Counted from the stretch's first letter, positions 30,148 through 41,134 are shown. The stretch: DNA of 64,000 nt from Candidatus Poribacteria bacterium (GCA_965198175.1 OZ240245.1:4832001-4896000), one strand, 5' to 3'. Made by a program: numbers and translations. Notes: generated from the letters alone by a model not told the origin.

Positions 30148-31446
30148 TCACGACCCATACGGGCATCGCTTCTCACCGATATGCTGCTCAAAATCATCTC
30201 GGAAATATTTCAATCCGCTCTGTAGAGGCTCCACCGCTCCCGGCGCAAAAGCGCAAAAGGTGCGCCCAAGCATTCGAGTGATTGTATTAACAATGAACTC
30301 AAGGTTATCTATATCTTCAGATTTTCCGTCCCCTAATTCGATGGCGTCCAATAGACGATGCGTCCACGGAATGCCATCACGGCACGGAGTGCAAAAACCA
30401 CAAGATTCACGCGTGAAGAAGAGTTCAAGGTTACGAATCATTCCAACTGGACACGTCTTATCATCAAGAATAACCATGGTACCTGTTCCTAGACGGCTTC
30501 CCGCTTCCATAACAGGTTCGTAGTCCATCGGCAAATCGAGGTGCTCCTCAACCAAGAAATCCGTTGAGGCGCCGCCAGGCAGCACACCGCGGAACTTCAA
30601 TCCATCCTGCATTCCCCCCGCGTGTTCCTCCAGAAGCTCTCGCATCGGTGTTCCGAGGGGAAGTTCCCAAATCGCCGGTCGCTTAATTTTGCCGCTTGCT
30701 CCAAAGAGTTTTGTTCCGCCGTTTCCGCTATAACTCAAACTCTTATACCACTCAGCACCATTGGCGACAATATGGGGCACGTTGCAGAGCGTTTCTACAT
30801 TTTGCACGATGGTCGGCTTGCCCCACAAACCGGAGGTCTGTGGAAAGGGGGGTTTGGTGCGGGGAATCGGTCTTTTGCCCTCCAAAGCATTCATAAGCGC
30901 GGTCTCCTCGCCGCAGATATAGCGGCCAGCGCTTGTGTGCAGGTAGAGCTCTAAATTGTACCCCGATCCCAAGATGTTCTTACCGAGGTAGCCCGCATCA
31001 TATGCTTCAGTAATCGATTTTCTCAACAATGCTTCCGCTTTTTTATAAGCCCATCGTAGAAAAATGTAAGCGACATCCGCTTGGATAGCATATGCCGCCA
31101 GAATCATTCCCTCAATGAACTGATGCGGATCTCCTTCTAGGAGAAGGCGATCCTTAAAAGTTCCCGGCTCCATTTCATCGGCGTTGGCAACGAGATACTT
31201 GCGCTCAGGTGCCCTATCGCCCATAGGCACAAAACTCCATTTCATGCCCGTGGGAAAACCGGCGCCGCCGCGACCCCTTAGATTCGCCTCTTTGACAACC
31301 CCAGTAACTTCCTCTGGAACCATCTCCGTCATTGCTTTGCGGACAGCCTGATACCCGCCGGCACTCTCATATTGCTTCAAATCGAACGGCGTCTCACTGG
31401 GGCTAATGTTTTTCGTAAGCGGTTTTTCTCTGATAGGTTCACTCAT
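30148..31446 (-). CDS. nuoF: NADH-quinone oxidoreductase subunit F
   Basis: GRGGAGFPTG, NADEMEPG, YICGEETAL and ESCGFCTPCRDG. Confidence 0.95.
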   Translation of the reverse strand: MSEPIREKPLTKNISPSETPFDLKQYESAGGYQAVRKAMTEMVPEEVTGVVKEANLRGRGGAGFPTGMKWSFVPMGDRAPERKYLVANADEMEPGTFKDRLLLEGDPHQFIEGMILAAYAIQADVAYIFLRWAYKKAEALLRKSITEAYDAGYLGKNILGSGYNLELYLHTSAGRYICGEETALMNALEGKRPIPRTKPPFPQTSGLWGKPTIVQNVETLCNVPHIVANGAEWYKSLSYSGNGGTKLFGASGKIKRPAIWELPLGTPMRELLEEHAGGMQDGLKFRGVLPGGASTDFLVEEHLDLPMDYEPVMEAGSRLGTGTMVILDDKTCPVGMIRNLELFFTRESCGFCTPCRDGIPWTHRLLDAIELGDGKSEDIDNLEFIVNTITRMLGRTFCAFAPGAVEPLQSGLKYFRDDFEQHIGEKRCPYGS

Positions 31447-31451
31447 GCCAA

Positions 31452-31919
31452 CTATCCCTCGCAACTCTCAAGGATGCCGTCAATCTTTTCTTCATCCAAA
31501 TCCCTGTGAAGCGTTTCATCAATCATCATCGCTGGCGCATGATCGCACGTGCCGAGGCACTGCATCGGCAACAGCGTAAACTCATTGTCCTCACTAGTCT
31601 CTCCGAAATTGATGCCGAGCCGTTTTGTGAAATGCTCACGCATCCGATCGCACCCCATGACCCAACAACTAACGCTATCGCAGAGCAGAATCACATGCTT
31701 TCCCACCGGCTTGCGGTAAATCAAATTGTAGAATGTAGCGACGCCATCCAGCTCCGCCGGGGACATCTCCAAAAGTTCAGCGATGTCCTTGATGCTTTCA
31801 TCCGACACCCAGCCTCGATGTTTTTGAACAATCTTCAGCGCATCGACACTTACCGCCTGCTTATAATCAAAATGCTTGGTCTCTTCTTCGATTTCTTGCC
31901 GTTCTTCTTCTGTCAGCAT
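31452..31919 (-). CDS. nuoE: NADH-quinone oxidoreductase subunit E
   Basis: CDSVSC ... CLGTCDHAP 2Fe-2S ligands. Confidence 0.95.
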   Translation of the reverse strand: MLTEEERQEIEEETKHFDYKQAVSVDALKIVQKHRGWVSDESIKDIAELLEMSPAELDGVATFYNLIYRKPVGKHVILLCDSVSCWVMGCDRMREHFTKRLGINFGETSEDNEFTLLPMQCLGTCDHAPAMMIDETLHRDLDEEKIDGILESCEG

Positions 31920-31976
31920 TGCGTCTTCCAAATACGGAATGGCAAGATAGCATCTTGCCCTCTAGAATCTCCATCG

Positions 31977-33725
31977 TCAACGGTCTATGTCCGCCAATAC
32001 GAAGTCCATAGCGCCCAAAATCGCCAATAAATCTGGAATCATCGCACCCCGGCTAATTAGTGGGAGCATCTGCATGTGAGGAAACGACGGCGTGCGTATC
32101 CGTACGCGATACGGGATAGTGCTGCCATCGCTAATCAGATAGTAGCCGTTGTTCCCTTTCGTCGCCTCGATACCGAAAAAAGCTTCGCCCGCTGGGATGA
32201 CGGGACCCCAACTCACATTCAGGAAATGGTTAATCAGTGTCTCAATATCTTCCATCGTATGCTCTTTGAGCGGGGGCGTCGTCAAGGGATGGTCGGACTT
32301 GTACGGTCCCGATGGCATATTGTTCATGCATTGTTCGATAATCCGCAAACTCTGTCGTATTTCCTCAATACGCACAACAGCTCTATCATAGCAATCGCCG
32401 CCTTGGGCGGTCGGTATATCGAACTCGAACTGGTCGTAGTCGGAATAAGGGCGTTTCTTACGAAAATCCCACTCGAAGCCGCAGGCGCGTAGTCCCGGTC
32501 CAGTGATACCCCATTCAATCGCTTCGTCCACGGTATAAGCGCCAACACCCTGGGTGCGTTTCTTGAAGATACGGTTCCGCATCACCATCTTGTCGTATTC
32601 ATCGAGTCGGCGCGGTAAATAGTCCAAATATTCTCGAATCATGTTATCCCAACCATTTGGGAGATCCTGCGCCACGCCTCCGATACGAAACCAACTGGGA
32701 TGCATGCGCCCACCGCAAATCGCTTCGACAATCTCAAAAATTCGTTCGCGGTCGGTAAACATATAGAACACCGGTGACAGTGCACCTATATCCTGAGCAA
32801 ACGTGCCGTACCAGACCAGATGGCTGGCGATGCGGAATAGCTCAGCCATCATAATGCGCACAACCTTGACTCTCCCAGGCACTTCAATACCAGCCAATTT
32901 TTCCACAGCCAGCACATAGGCGAGGTTATTCATCACACCACCGAGGTAGTCAATGCGATCGGTGTACGGGATGAACGTGTGCCACGACTGACGCTCTCCC
33001 ATCTTTTCTGCGCCTCGATGATGGTAACCGATGTCAGGAACCACATCAATAATCTCCTCGCCATCTAGCTGAAGTGCAAAGCGGAGCACGCCATGCGTGC
33101 CCGGATGCTGGGGACCGAGGTTGAGGAACATGAAATCCGCGTCCTCTCCCTGTGCGTGCATCCCCCAATCCTCTGGGCGAAATTGGAGCGCCTCTTGTTC
33201 TAAATCCTGTTTTTCATCTGGCAATTCAAACTGACCCATCTCGGTGGCGCGTGCAGGGTGTTCCTTGCGGAGCGGATGACCTTCCCAAGTCGGAGGCATG
33301 AGAATCCGGCTCAAGTGGGGATGCCCTTCAAATGTGACGCCAAACATATCCCACACTTCGCGCTCATACCAATTCGCAGAGGGCCAAATATCGGTCACCG
33401 TATGGATGGAGGGATACTCATCTTGGAGTGCAACTTTGAGACGAACGTCTTCGTTGCGTTCATAGGAAAGGAGGTGGTACACAACCGTGAAGTCGCCTTC
33501 CGGCTGATTTTGGCGATGGGTACGGACGCGCTCGTCAATCGCCGTGAGGTCGTACAGCATGCGGTACGGTTTATCCGTTTCTGTTTTGAGATAACGTAGA
33601 ACATCGCAAATTGTATCTTTAGACACCCAAAAGAGAGGCACACCGTCATCCGTTGGCTCCGCTGAGACAGTTGCCTCGCCGAATTTGCCTTGAAGTTCTT
33701 GTATTAGGAGGGGTGTATCGCTCAT
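31977..33725 (-). CDS. nuoC: NADH-quinone oxidoreductase fused subunit C/D
   Basis: The NuoC motif ERE.WDMFG..F.GHP.L.RIL and the NuoD motif [20 protein letters not shown] lie in one 582-aa ORF. Confidence 0.95.
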   Translation of the reverse strand: MSDTPLLIQELQGKFGEATVSAEPTDDGVPLFWVSKDTICDVLRYLKTETDKPYRMLYDLTAIDERVRTHRQNQPEGDFTVVYHLLSYERNEDVRLKVALQDEYPSIHTVTDIWPSANWYEREVWDMFGVTFEGHPHLSRILMPPTWEGHPLRKEHPARATEMGQFELPDEKQDLEQEALQFRPEDWGMHAQGEDADFMFLNLGPQHPGTHGVLRFALQLDGEEIIDVVPDIGYHHRGAEKMGERQSWHTFIPYTDRIDYLGGVMNNLAYVLAVEKLAGIEVPGRVKVVRIMMAELFRIASHLVWYGTFAQDIGALSPVFYMFTDRERIFEIVEAICGGRMHPSWFRIGGVAQDLPNGWDNMIREYLDYLPRRLDEYDKMVMRNRIFKKRTQGVGAYTVDEAIEWGITGPGLRACGFEWDFRKKRPYSDYDQFEFDIPTAQGGDCYDRAVVRIEEIRQSLRIIEQCMNNMPSGPYKSDHPLTTPPLKEHTMEDIETLINHFLNVSWGPVIPAGEAFFGIEATKGNNGYYLISDGSTIPYRVRIRTPSFPHMQMLPLISRGAMIPDLLAILGAMDFVLADIDR

Positions 33726-33766
33726 CGTAGTTAATTCTATAGTCGGCGTTCTGCAGTCGATAGTTG

Positions 33767-34411
33767 CTACTTCACTTCATCAGGGGAACGCAGTGTCGTA
33801 GCTTGTTGCCTCTCATCGCGTTTCAAATCCCGCCGAGCAGGCATGTCCGGCTTTACCACACCTTGCGGTCCAACGAACCAACTCAAGGGACGATGTTCCG
33901 CCCCAACTGCTTCCCGCAGTTCGACTATCCCTTCCATGAAGGCGTCAGGGCGAGGTGGGCAGCCCGGTACATATACATCAACCGGCAAAATCTTGTCGAC
34001 GCCCTGAACCACACTGTAGATATCGTACATTCCACCGGAATTGGCGCACGCCCCCATGGAAATAACCCAGCGCGGTTCCATCATCTGTTCGTAGAGTCGC
34101 CTGATAATCGGCGCCATTTTGATGAACGGTGTGCCGGCAATCACCATGACATCAGCCTCGCGTGGGGTGCCGCGAATCACTTCCGCGCCGAAGCGGGCGA
34201 TGTCGTATTTGCTCGTAATGCTTGTTGCCATCTCTACGAAACAGCACGAAAGTCCGAAGTTAAAGGGCCACATGGAGTTCTTGCGCCCCCAAGCCAGCAA
34301 ATCTTGTAAACGCGTCAGAAGCACATTGCGGCGGACAGCTTCTTCGAGGGAACCACCCGGAATTTCAGGAGATTGACTTAAATCAGTCGATTTGCTAAAC
34401 CACCATCGCAT
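33767..34411 (-). CDS. nuoB: NADH-quinone oxidoreductase subunit B
   Basis: [20 protein letters not shown] and VPGCPPRP. Confidence 0.95.
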   Translation of the reverse strand: MRWWFSKSTDLSQSPEIPGGSLEEAVRRNVLLTRLQDLLAWGRKNSMWPFNFGLSCCFVEMATSITSKYDIARFGAEVIRGTPREADVMVIAGTPFIKMAPIIRRLYEQMMEPRWVISMGACANSGGMYDIYSVVQGVDKILPVDVYVPGCPPRPDAFMEGIVELREAVGAEHRPLSWFVGPQGVVKPDMPARRDLKRDERQQATTLRSPDEVK

Positions 34412-34438
34412 AAGCTTAAATCTCTTTCAGTCCGCTTT

Positions 34439-34825
34439 TCATCGCGGTGGGATTTGTATCCGCGGTCTGCTGCCCCAGTCGAGCGCACCCAATCGCCACA
34501 GATATACAAGACCCGCAAACAGGACGCCGATGAAAACTATGGCTTCTATGTAACCCATCCAACCGAGTTCGCGTATGGCGACCGCCCAAGCGAAGATGAA
34601 CACGGCTTCCAAATCAAAAACCACGAAGAACATCGCAACATGGTAAAACTTAGCAGAAAGGCGGATTCGAGCCGTTCCTTGCGAGAGGATGCCGGATTCG
34701 TAGGGTTCGCCGGTAGCTCTATCTTTGTGACGCTGCCCCAAAAGGAAGGACAGACCGACCATACCAATCCCCACCAAGAAAATGACACCCGCAAAATATA
34801 CCGCCAGAGGCCAGAGGGTGTTCAC
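34439..34825 (-). CDS. nuoA: NADH-quinone oxidoreductase subunit A
   Basis: PYESG and FFVVFDLEAVF; GAGGAGG SD before GTG. Confidence 0.95.
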   Translation of the reverse strand: MNTLWPLAVYFAGVIFLVGIGMVGLSFLLGQRHKDRATGEPYESGILSQGTARIRLSAKFYHVAMFFVVFDLEAVFIFAWAVAIRELGWMGYIEAIVFIGVLFAGLVYLWRLGALDWGSRPRIQIPPR

Positions 34826-34972
34826 GCTATATCCCTCCTCAAGTTGAAGTGAGACCTCTCAAACGTTCTACAAGTCGTTCGCATAAACCTGACCCGCCGT
34901 CGTATCCGTTTCCGTTATCTGAGGACAGAGCGTTGTAAAATTTTCAGCTAGAACCCTGCGCTACGCCTAAGC

Positions 34973-35032
34973 TTGTAACTTTTTGTCACAAAGTCAAGTG
35001 GATAGTATATAACAGAATCAGAAAAGACGCAA
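34973..35032 (-). promoter_or_regulatory. putative nuo promoter with downstream palindromic operator
   Basis: Minus strand TTGCGT-17-TATACT (35032-35004), then TTGTGAC-N5-GTTACAA (34991-34973). Confidence 0.45.
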
Positions 35033-35475
35033 GAGTTTTTTCAGATTCCCTTTTCCCCTCGCACCGACCAAATCTTCGCTCAAGTCGTATTCTTAATTGA
35101 AATCATTGAAATCGAACCGCAGCCAGTTCTGCCGCTCGTGGGTTGGGTTAAAGAAAGGCGGGCAGGAACCCGCGCCGCTTTTGTGGTTGATATATTTCGC
35201 CGGTTTATGTTACAATTCAGTGAGTTCAAAGTGAAAGCCTACAGTTGAAATTGACGACGGAAAGTATCTACACGTTGGGTATAATAGGCGCTCCATTGAC
35301 TCTATGAGACCATTGTCTCAAGGTCTGTGACAAATACGCTCTCCTTGCCCACTCTTTCTACATCGCTTTGGCAATTATCGACTTCACACGCCCGATTCTT
35401 GGCTTGTCGATACCTTACTGAAGCGTCGAACCTACTCACCAGCGGATCGGATCAAATTTAAGCTAAAGGAAAAAG

Positions 35476-36483
35476 ATGAAGCTTGTACAATTCTATCAAC
35501 CAGGGCATGGCAAGCGCGTCGGTATCGTTACACGAGGCGACTTGGCTACCGATGCTGCAAGTGACGGCGATCGCGGCTTAATCACTCGGCTGTTTCAGCC
35601 GGACGAGGTAATTATTGATGTCACCAGCGACGAAGCGCCGGACGTCCTAGAACTGATTAAACTCTCGTACAAAGAGGGAGTCAGCATGGGAGTATTGCTG
35701 GCAGATATTCAAGAACACTTCTCCAGCGATTCAACGCCAGCCTTTCTCCCGGATCAGGCTAGCGACGATAAAGAAACACTCAGACTAACAGATCTCAATG
35801 TTCAACCCGATTCGAACGTGCCTCACCTTCTGTTGCCGATTGATCCGCCAGAGGTGTGGGGCTGCGGCGTAACCTACAAACGCAGCGCCGACATGCGTGA
35901 TGAAGATAGCGAACAGGACATTTACAGCCGCGTCTATCACTCGGACCGCCCTGAGATTTTTTTCAAAGGGACAAAAGCCCGATGCGCTGGTCCGAACGAC
36001 TTTATCGGTATTCGGAGTGACTCTAAACTCACCGCAACAGAGCCCGAATTGGCTTATATCCTTGGAGCGGACGGAGAAATCGTCGGGTATACCATCTGTA
36101 ACGATGTCTCCGCTTGGGATATCGAACGCGAAAATCCCCTATACCTGCCCCCATCGAAGATTTTCTACGGATGCTGCGCGCTGGGACCGATGTTCGTGAC
36201 CCCCTCTGAAATAGACGACCCCTACAATCTGAACATAAAATGTACCATCATCCGCGGTGGAGAGCTAATCTATGAAGGTGATGTGAACACGTCACAAATC
36301 AACTGGAAGTTTGAAGAACTGACCGAATTTCTATGTCGAGACAACCCCATCCCCATCGGCACGGTAGTCTCTACCGGCACCGGCATCATCGTCCCGAATG
36401 AGTTGCCGTTGGCTCCCGGTGATGTTGTTCAGATTGAAATTGATGAACTCGGGGTACTCTCCAATCCCGTAATACAGCTTTAA
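35476..36483 (+). CDS. fumarylacetoacetate hydrolase family protein (2-keto-3-deoxy-pentonate dehydratase-like)
   Basis: EVWGCGVTYKRS, RPEIFFK, EPEL, NDVSAWDIERENPLYLP and STGTG. Confidence 0.85.
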   Translation: MKLVQFYQPGHGKRVGIVTRGDLATDAASDGDRGLITRLFQPDEVIIDVTSDEAPDVLELIKLSYKEGVSMGVLLADIQEHFSSDSTPAFLPDQASDDKETLRLTDLNVQPDSNVPHLLLPIDPPEVWGCGVTYKRSADMRDEDSEQDIYSRVYHSDRPEIFFKGTKARCAGPNDFIGIRSDSKLTATEPELAYILGADGEIVGYTICNDVSAWDIERENPLYLPPSKIFYGCCALGPMFVTPSEIDDPYNLNIKCTIIRGGELIYEGDVNTSQINWKFEELTEFLCRDNPIPIGTVVSTGTGIIVPNELPLAPGDVVQIEIDELGVLSNPVIQL

Positions 36484-36495
36484 GGAGACGTGTAA

Positions 36496-37608
36496 ATGTC
36501 GTCACCTCATGTTGATACATACACTGGGGTTCCCAAATCGCAAATCGACACCCCGGCGCTGCTAATTGATTTGGATATTATGGAGGCGAATATTCAGAAG
36601 ATGGCGGACTTCTTCAAAACCGTCAATGCAGACCTCCGCCCTCACACCAAGACGCATAAGACCCCAATTATCGCGCATAAGCAGATTGAAGCCGGGGCAA
36701 TTGGCATAACCTGCGCGAAACTGGGAGAAGCCGAAGCCTTGGTCCACGCAGGCATCCGCGATGTGCTCATCGCCAATCAGATAGTCGGTGCCCAGAAAAT
36801 TGCCCGGCTCGTCAACCTTGCGAGTCATTCAGAGATTATGGTCGCTGTCGACGACCCGCATAACGTCGCTCAACTTTCTGCGGCTGCGGAAGCAAAAGGC
36901 GTAACGCTGCGAATACTTATCGAAGTCAATACCGGCATGAACCGTTGCGGAACGGAACCGGGGAAACCCACGCTCGATTTGGCGCGTCTCGTTCTGAAAT
37001 CGAAGGGGCTCAAGTTTGAAGGGTTGATGGGTTATGAGGGGCATACCGTCGCCATCCCGTCATTCGCTGAACGCAAGAAACGGACGAACGAATCCGTCGA
37101 GGTATTGGTTGAGACCAAAGGCGTTCTCGAACGTAACGGCGTTTCGCTCAAGATAATGAGCGGCGGCGGTACAGGCACCTATGCGATCACCGGCGCACAC
37201 CCTGAGATAACGGAAATCCAAGCCGGATCTTATGTCTTCATGGATGCGACTTACGGAAATGTGGAAGGGGTCGGCGATCGCTTCGGCAGTTCGTTGACGG
37301 TGTTGACGACTGTCGTGAGTCGTCCGAATCCGTCGCGCATCATTGTTGACGCAGGGTTGAAAGTGCTGGCAAAAGAGTTTGGCATCCCGCAGCCGATAGG
37401 GATTGACGGCTTAGAGATGACGGGGTTATCGGAGGAACACGGACGGATGACCGCACAAGACGATGTCAGTCTCAAACCCGGCGACAAAATCGAAATCTTG
37501 CCCACACACTGCTGCACAACCGTAAACCTACATGACCGCTACTACGGCGTCCGCAACGGCGTCGTCGAATCCATCTGGCAAATCGCCGCAAGAGGCAAGT
37601 CGCAATAA
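36496..37608 (+). CDS. PLP-dependent D-threonine aldolase / D-serine dehydratase (DSD1) family enzyme
   Basis: TPALLIDLD, RPHTKTHK (PLP Lys), SGGGTGT, LSEEHG and PTHCCTTVN. Confidence 0.88.
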   Translation: MSSPHVDTYTGVPKSQIDTPALLIDLDIMEANIQKMADFFKTVNADLRPHTKTHKTPIIAHKQIEAGAIGITCAKLGEAEALVHAGIRDVLIANQIVGAQKIARLVNLASHSEIMVAVDDPHNVAQLSAAAEAKGVTLRILIEVNTGMNRCGTEPGKPTLDLARLVLKSKGLKFEGLMGYEGHTVAIPSFAERKKRTNESVEVLVETKGVLERNGVSLKIMSGGGTGTYAITGAHPEITEIQAGSYVFMDATYGNVEGVGDRFGSSLTVLTTVVSRPNPSRIIVDAGLKVLAKEFGIPQPIGIDGLEMTGLSEEHGRMTAQDDVSLKPGDKIEILPTHCCTTVNLHDRYYGVRNGVVESIWQIAARGKSQ

Positions 37609-37740
37609 AGAACAAATGAACTTTGCGATGAATCTCCTAAGTCTGTAGTTAGTCAATGAGATGGTTTACGCCTGTTTGCCGCTACCATCGGGAAGTCCGC
37701 CCCCTTGCCAAACGGAAAACTAGAGTGCCTCAAACATCCT

Positions 37741-37759
37741 CCCCCTTGCTAAGGGGGAG
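37741..37759. repeat. CCCCCTT-N3-AAGGGGG palindrome family
   Basis: cccccttgctaaggggg, with a degenerate copy about 40 bp upstream and cccccctgacaagggggg at about 57497. Confidence 0.55.
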
Positions 37760-37823
37760 CTAGAGGGGGTGTATTGCCCCGCATCAAACCCAACAAATCC
37801 TCCAATCGAATGGAGATTCACCC

Positions 37824-39818
37824 GTGAATAAGCCACTACTTTCCCTTTTTTTGATTTTGCTTCTGGTTTCGACACCATGCCTCGCGGGCACCTTTGCCCA
37901 AGGCTATCAAGCCTACACCCAATGGAACTTGCCCGAAGGCGCTAAAGCCCGCCTAGGTAAAGGCAAGATATATAAGATAGAGTATTCTCCGGACGGCACT
38001 CAGCTAGCGGTCGCAACCTCCATCGGAACCTGGCTCTATGATGCGCATTCGTATCAAGAGCTCTCACTGCTCACCGGACATACCCTTGAAGTCCGGAGCT
38101 TAGCGTTCAGTCCCGACGGACACATGCTCGCAACCGGTAGCATCGACCTCACGATTCGTTTATGGGATGTTGCCACCGGCAGACACCTCTCCACGTTATC
38201 AGGGCATACGAATTGGGTCACTAGCTTGGCGTTTAGCCCCGATGGACAAACACTCGCAAGTGGAGGTGGGACGCTTGACGGAACAATCCGTTTATGGGAT
38301 GTTTCCACAGGCAGATGTTTCCGAACACTATCCGATCATAGCGACGGTGTCTATAGCGTAGCGTTCAGTCCCGACGGGCAGACCCTCGCAACCGGAAGTG
38401 GCGACGACACGATTCGTTTATGGGGTGCAAACACGGGTCGACATTTACGCACCCTATCATTAGATTTTCATGATGCGCATAGTCTTGGTGTGGATGTTAT
38501 GGATAGTGTCACTAGCGTAGCATTCAGCCCTGACGGGCAGACCCTCGCAGCCGGGTGTCGGAACGGCACTACTCATTTATGGCACGTTAGTACAGGCATC
38601 CTCCTCCGCACGCTGTCAGGGCATGCGCATGGAGTCCGCAGTGTAGCGTTTAGTCCCGATGGTCAAACCCTCGCAACCGGTAGCTGGGACAGGACTATCC
38701 GTCTGTCGAATGTATCGACAGGCAGTCTCCGCCGTACACTTACAGGGCATGCGGGTAACGTGCAGAGCGTAGTTTTTAGCCCGAATGGACGCACCCTCGC
38801 CAGTGGAAGTGCGGACAACACCATACGTTTGTGGGATTTTCGTACGGGAAGAAACATCCGCACCCTAACAGGACATACTCCTAATTCTCGTGTTACGAGT
38901 GTAGCGCTTTCGCCCGATTACCCTCGTACGCTCGCAAGCGGAAGTGAGGATGGCACCATACGTTTCTGGGATGTTGGTACAGGCATCCTCCTTCGCACAC
39001 TGACAGGACATACATCTCGGCGGGACAATACGTATAGTGTCCAGAGTGCAGCCGTCCTTTGCGTAGCGTTTAGTGACGACGGACAAACCCTCGCAAGCGG
39101 CGGCGGCGCCTTTACAGACGCATATAATTTGGGTTTCAGAGACGGCACCATACACTTGTGGGAGGTTAGCTCCGGCGTACACCTCCGCACGCTAAAAGGG
39201 CACACGGATTGCGTCGCGAGTGTAGCATTTCATCCAAGTGGGCAAACAATCGCTAGCGGGAGTCGGGACGGCACAGTATGTTTCTGGGATGTTTCGTCCG
39301 GCCGGCGCCGCCGAATACTAACAGGGCATACTGATAGTGTCGAGAGCGTAGCATTCAACCCCGGTGGACAGACCGTCGCAAGTGGGAGTTTGGACGGCAC
39401 AATACGTTTATGGAACGTTAGTACGGGCAGAACTCTCCGTACTCTAACAGGGCATACAGATGGGGTCATTAGCTTAGTATTTTTGCCACGTGGACAGACT
39501 ATCGCTAGCGGGAGTCGGGACGGCACAATACGTTTATGGGATGTTGCTACCGGCCGGCATCTCCGCACGCTGACTAAGGATAGCATTCCGGTGTATAGCT
39601 ATAGCTTAGCGATTAATCCATTTGGCTCGACGCTCGCAAGCGGAAGCACTGACAGCACTATCCGTTTATGGGATGTTGCAACGGGTAGACTCCTCCGCAC
39701 CCTCTCAAGCCCTACGCTTGGTGCCAATAGTGTTGCATTTGATGGACAAACCCTCGCAAGCGGCAGTTATGACGGCACAATACTGTTGTGGGAGCTTAAA
39801 TCTGAAAGTGAACAGTAA
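37824..39818 (+). CDS. secreted WD40-repeat protein
   Basis: Signal peptide and 13 or more GH..V.SVAFSPDG.TLASGS.D.TIRLWD repeats. Confidence 0.92.
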   Translation: MNKPLLSLFLILLLVSTPCLAGTFAQGYQAYTQWNLPEGAKARLGKGKIYKIEYSPDGTQLAVATSIGTWLYDAHSYQELSLLTGHTLEVRSLAFSPDGHMLATGSIDLTIRLWDVATGRHLSTLSGHTNWVTSLAFSPDGQTLASGGGTLDGTIRLWDVSTGRCFRTLSDHSDGVYSVAFSPDGQTLATGSGDDTIRLWGANTGRHLRTLSLDFHDAHSLGVDVMDSVTSVAFSPDGQTLAAGCRNGTTHLWHVSTGILLRTLSGHAHGVRSVAFSPDGQTLATGSWDRTIRLSNVSTGSLRRTLTGHAGNVQSVVFSPNGRTLASGSADNTIRLWDFRTGRNIRTLTGHTPNSRVTSVALSPDYPRTLASGSEDGTIRFWDVGTGILLRTLTGHTSRRDNTYSVQSAAVLCVAFSDDGQTLASGGGAFTDAYNLGFRDGTIHLWEVSSGVHLRTLKGHTDCVASVAFHPSGQTIASGSRDGTVCFWDVSSGRRRRILTGHTDSVESVAFNPGGQTVASGSLDGTIRLWNVSTGRTLRTLTGHTDGVISLVFLPRGQTIASGSRDGTIRLWDVATGRHLRTLTKDSIPVYSYSLAINPFGSTLASGSTDSTIRLWDVATGRLLRTLSSPTLGANSVAFDGQTLASGSYDGTILLWELKSESEQ

Positions 39819-39858
39819 TGTATCCCATTTGGGAGAAATAAAATTGATGTCTATGGTT

Positions 39859-40259
39859 GTAGGTTGCGTTGAGCAATCAACGGACCGAACAGGATTAACT
39901 GAGCAAATAGCAAAGGCGATAGAAAGCCCTGCACGAGAGTTTTTAAGCATTCACTAGTTTTCTAGCCACTGCGATAGTCCTGTAGTTATTCATAAGAAAT
40001 CTTTGACGATAGTCTTCCGACGAAACACGGGACATAAAGTGCATGGGCGCCCCGAGTGGATTCTGCTTGTAACTTGTCAGGCTATATGTACTGCCACTGG
40101 TTTTGGATAATCGTGAGGTGTTCAATTTAGTGGAAGCGATTCGGGTTAATGAAAAACGTTGGGTTACGCTAGGTGCGTATTACGAACCGCATCGTTCCCA
40201 TTCGAAACGGTAATTCCAGAGTTTACAGTTTTAGGAAATACCCGCTTAACCCAACCTAC
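39859..40259. repeat. REPIN/MITE-like element with GTAG ends (about 400 bp)
   Basis: gtaggttgcgttgagcaatcaac ... gttgggttacg ... aacccaacctac. Confidence 0.7.
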
Positions 40260-41134
40260 AGGAGTTTTTAGAATAAAATCCACCGAATGCACAGGTCGTC
40301 AGATAATCTTAATACCCGTGACGATTCCGGATCTATGATTATGAATGCCTCAAGCGATTCTGAAGAATCACGAAGCATTCGGAATTATCTTGTTACTGAT
40401 TTGAATGAAATAGATGCGATTTGAGAATTTCAACTAACATGATTCTAATTTTCATTCCAATCTAATAGGAACAAAAGTCAATGAATCGGAACAATAAACT
40501 ATGGGATTTAACTGTCTTTGCTGCACAGTGTTTCATTTTCGCTGCGGTTCTTACTTGGATATTGGAAACGGTTTTTGGCTTGGATATGTCCGACAAATAC
40601 ATCAAAAAGATAATAATTGGCACGAAGCGTTTCCCAAATAAGGAGATAAGTCACGCAGACTATATCACGACCGACAATGGCAACAGATGGAGCACAGATC
40701 GTTAATAACTGCCGAGTAAGTATCAATGCTTTTTTGCAAGACTTAATCAACAACTGGTCGTTTGATTGTCAGCACAAATCCGATGCCGAACTCGTAGAAT
40801 CATTAAAGTCCATTAAACAACTTTGTTCCGATTTCAACGAAGCGATTGGCGCTTACATTCAGGCTGTCGAGGCGGGCTCGTCCCTGCTTCCAAATACTTA
40901 TTTGCCTCCTCAAAAAAACAGTCGGCTTTTTCTCGCTCTTGCTATATTACAACCCGCAACTTCTCATTCCGTTCCTGTTTAAGTGCCTAACCTCTGTTAT
41001 AAACAACGTTCCCTGCACTAAATAGCCTAAATGTGGTATAATACATACGTCAAAACTAGAGTGGTTTCAAAGTCCGAAACCATAAACCACCTAAACAATA
41101 AAACGATAAATTGAATTTTCTGGAGAGGTGAAAA

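Noticed and set aside
9884..34825. Numerous antisense or overlapping ORFs in the track
   Set aside because: They are shadow frames of well-conserved genes on the opposite strand.
37824..39818. CRISPR-like or DGR repeat array
   Set aside because: The periodicity is explained by WD40 coding repeats; no cas or reverse transcriptase gene is present.
40481..40982. Two short ORFs (74 and 101 aa) in an AT-rich stretch
   Set aside because: No recognisable motifs or clear SD; they cannot be supported as genes.
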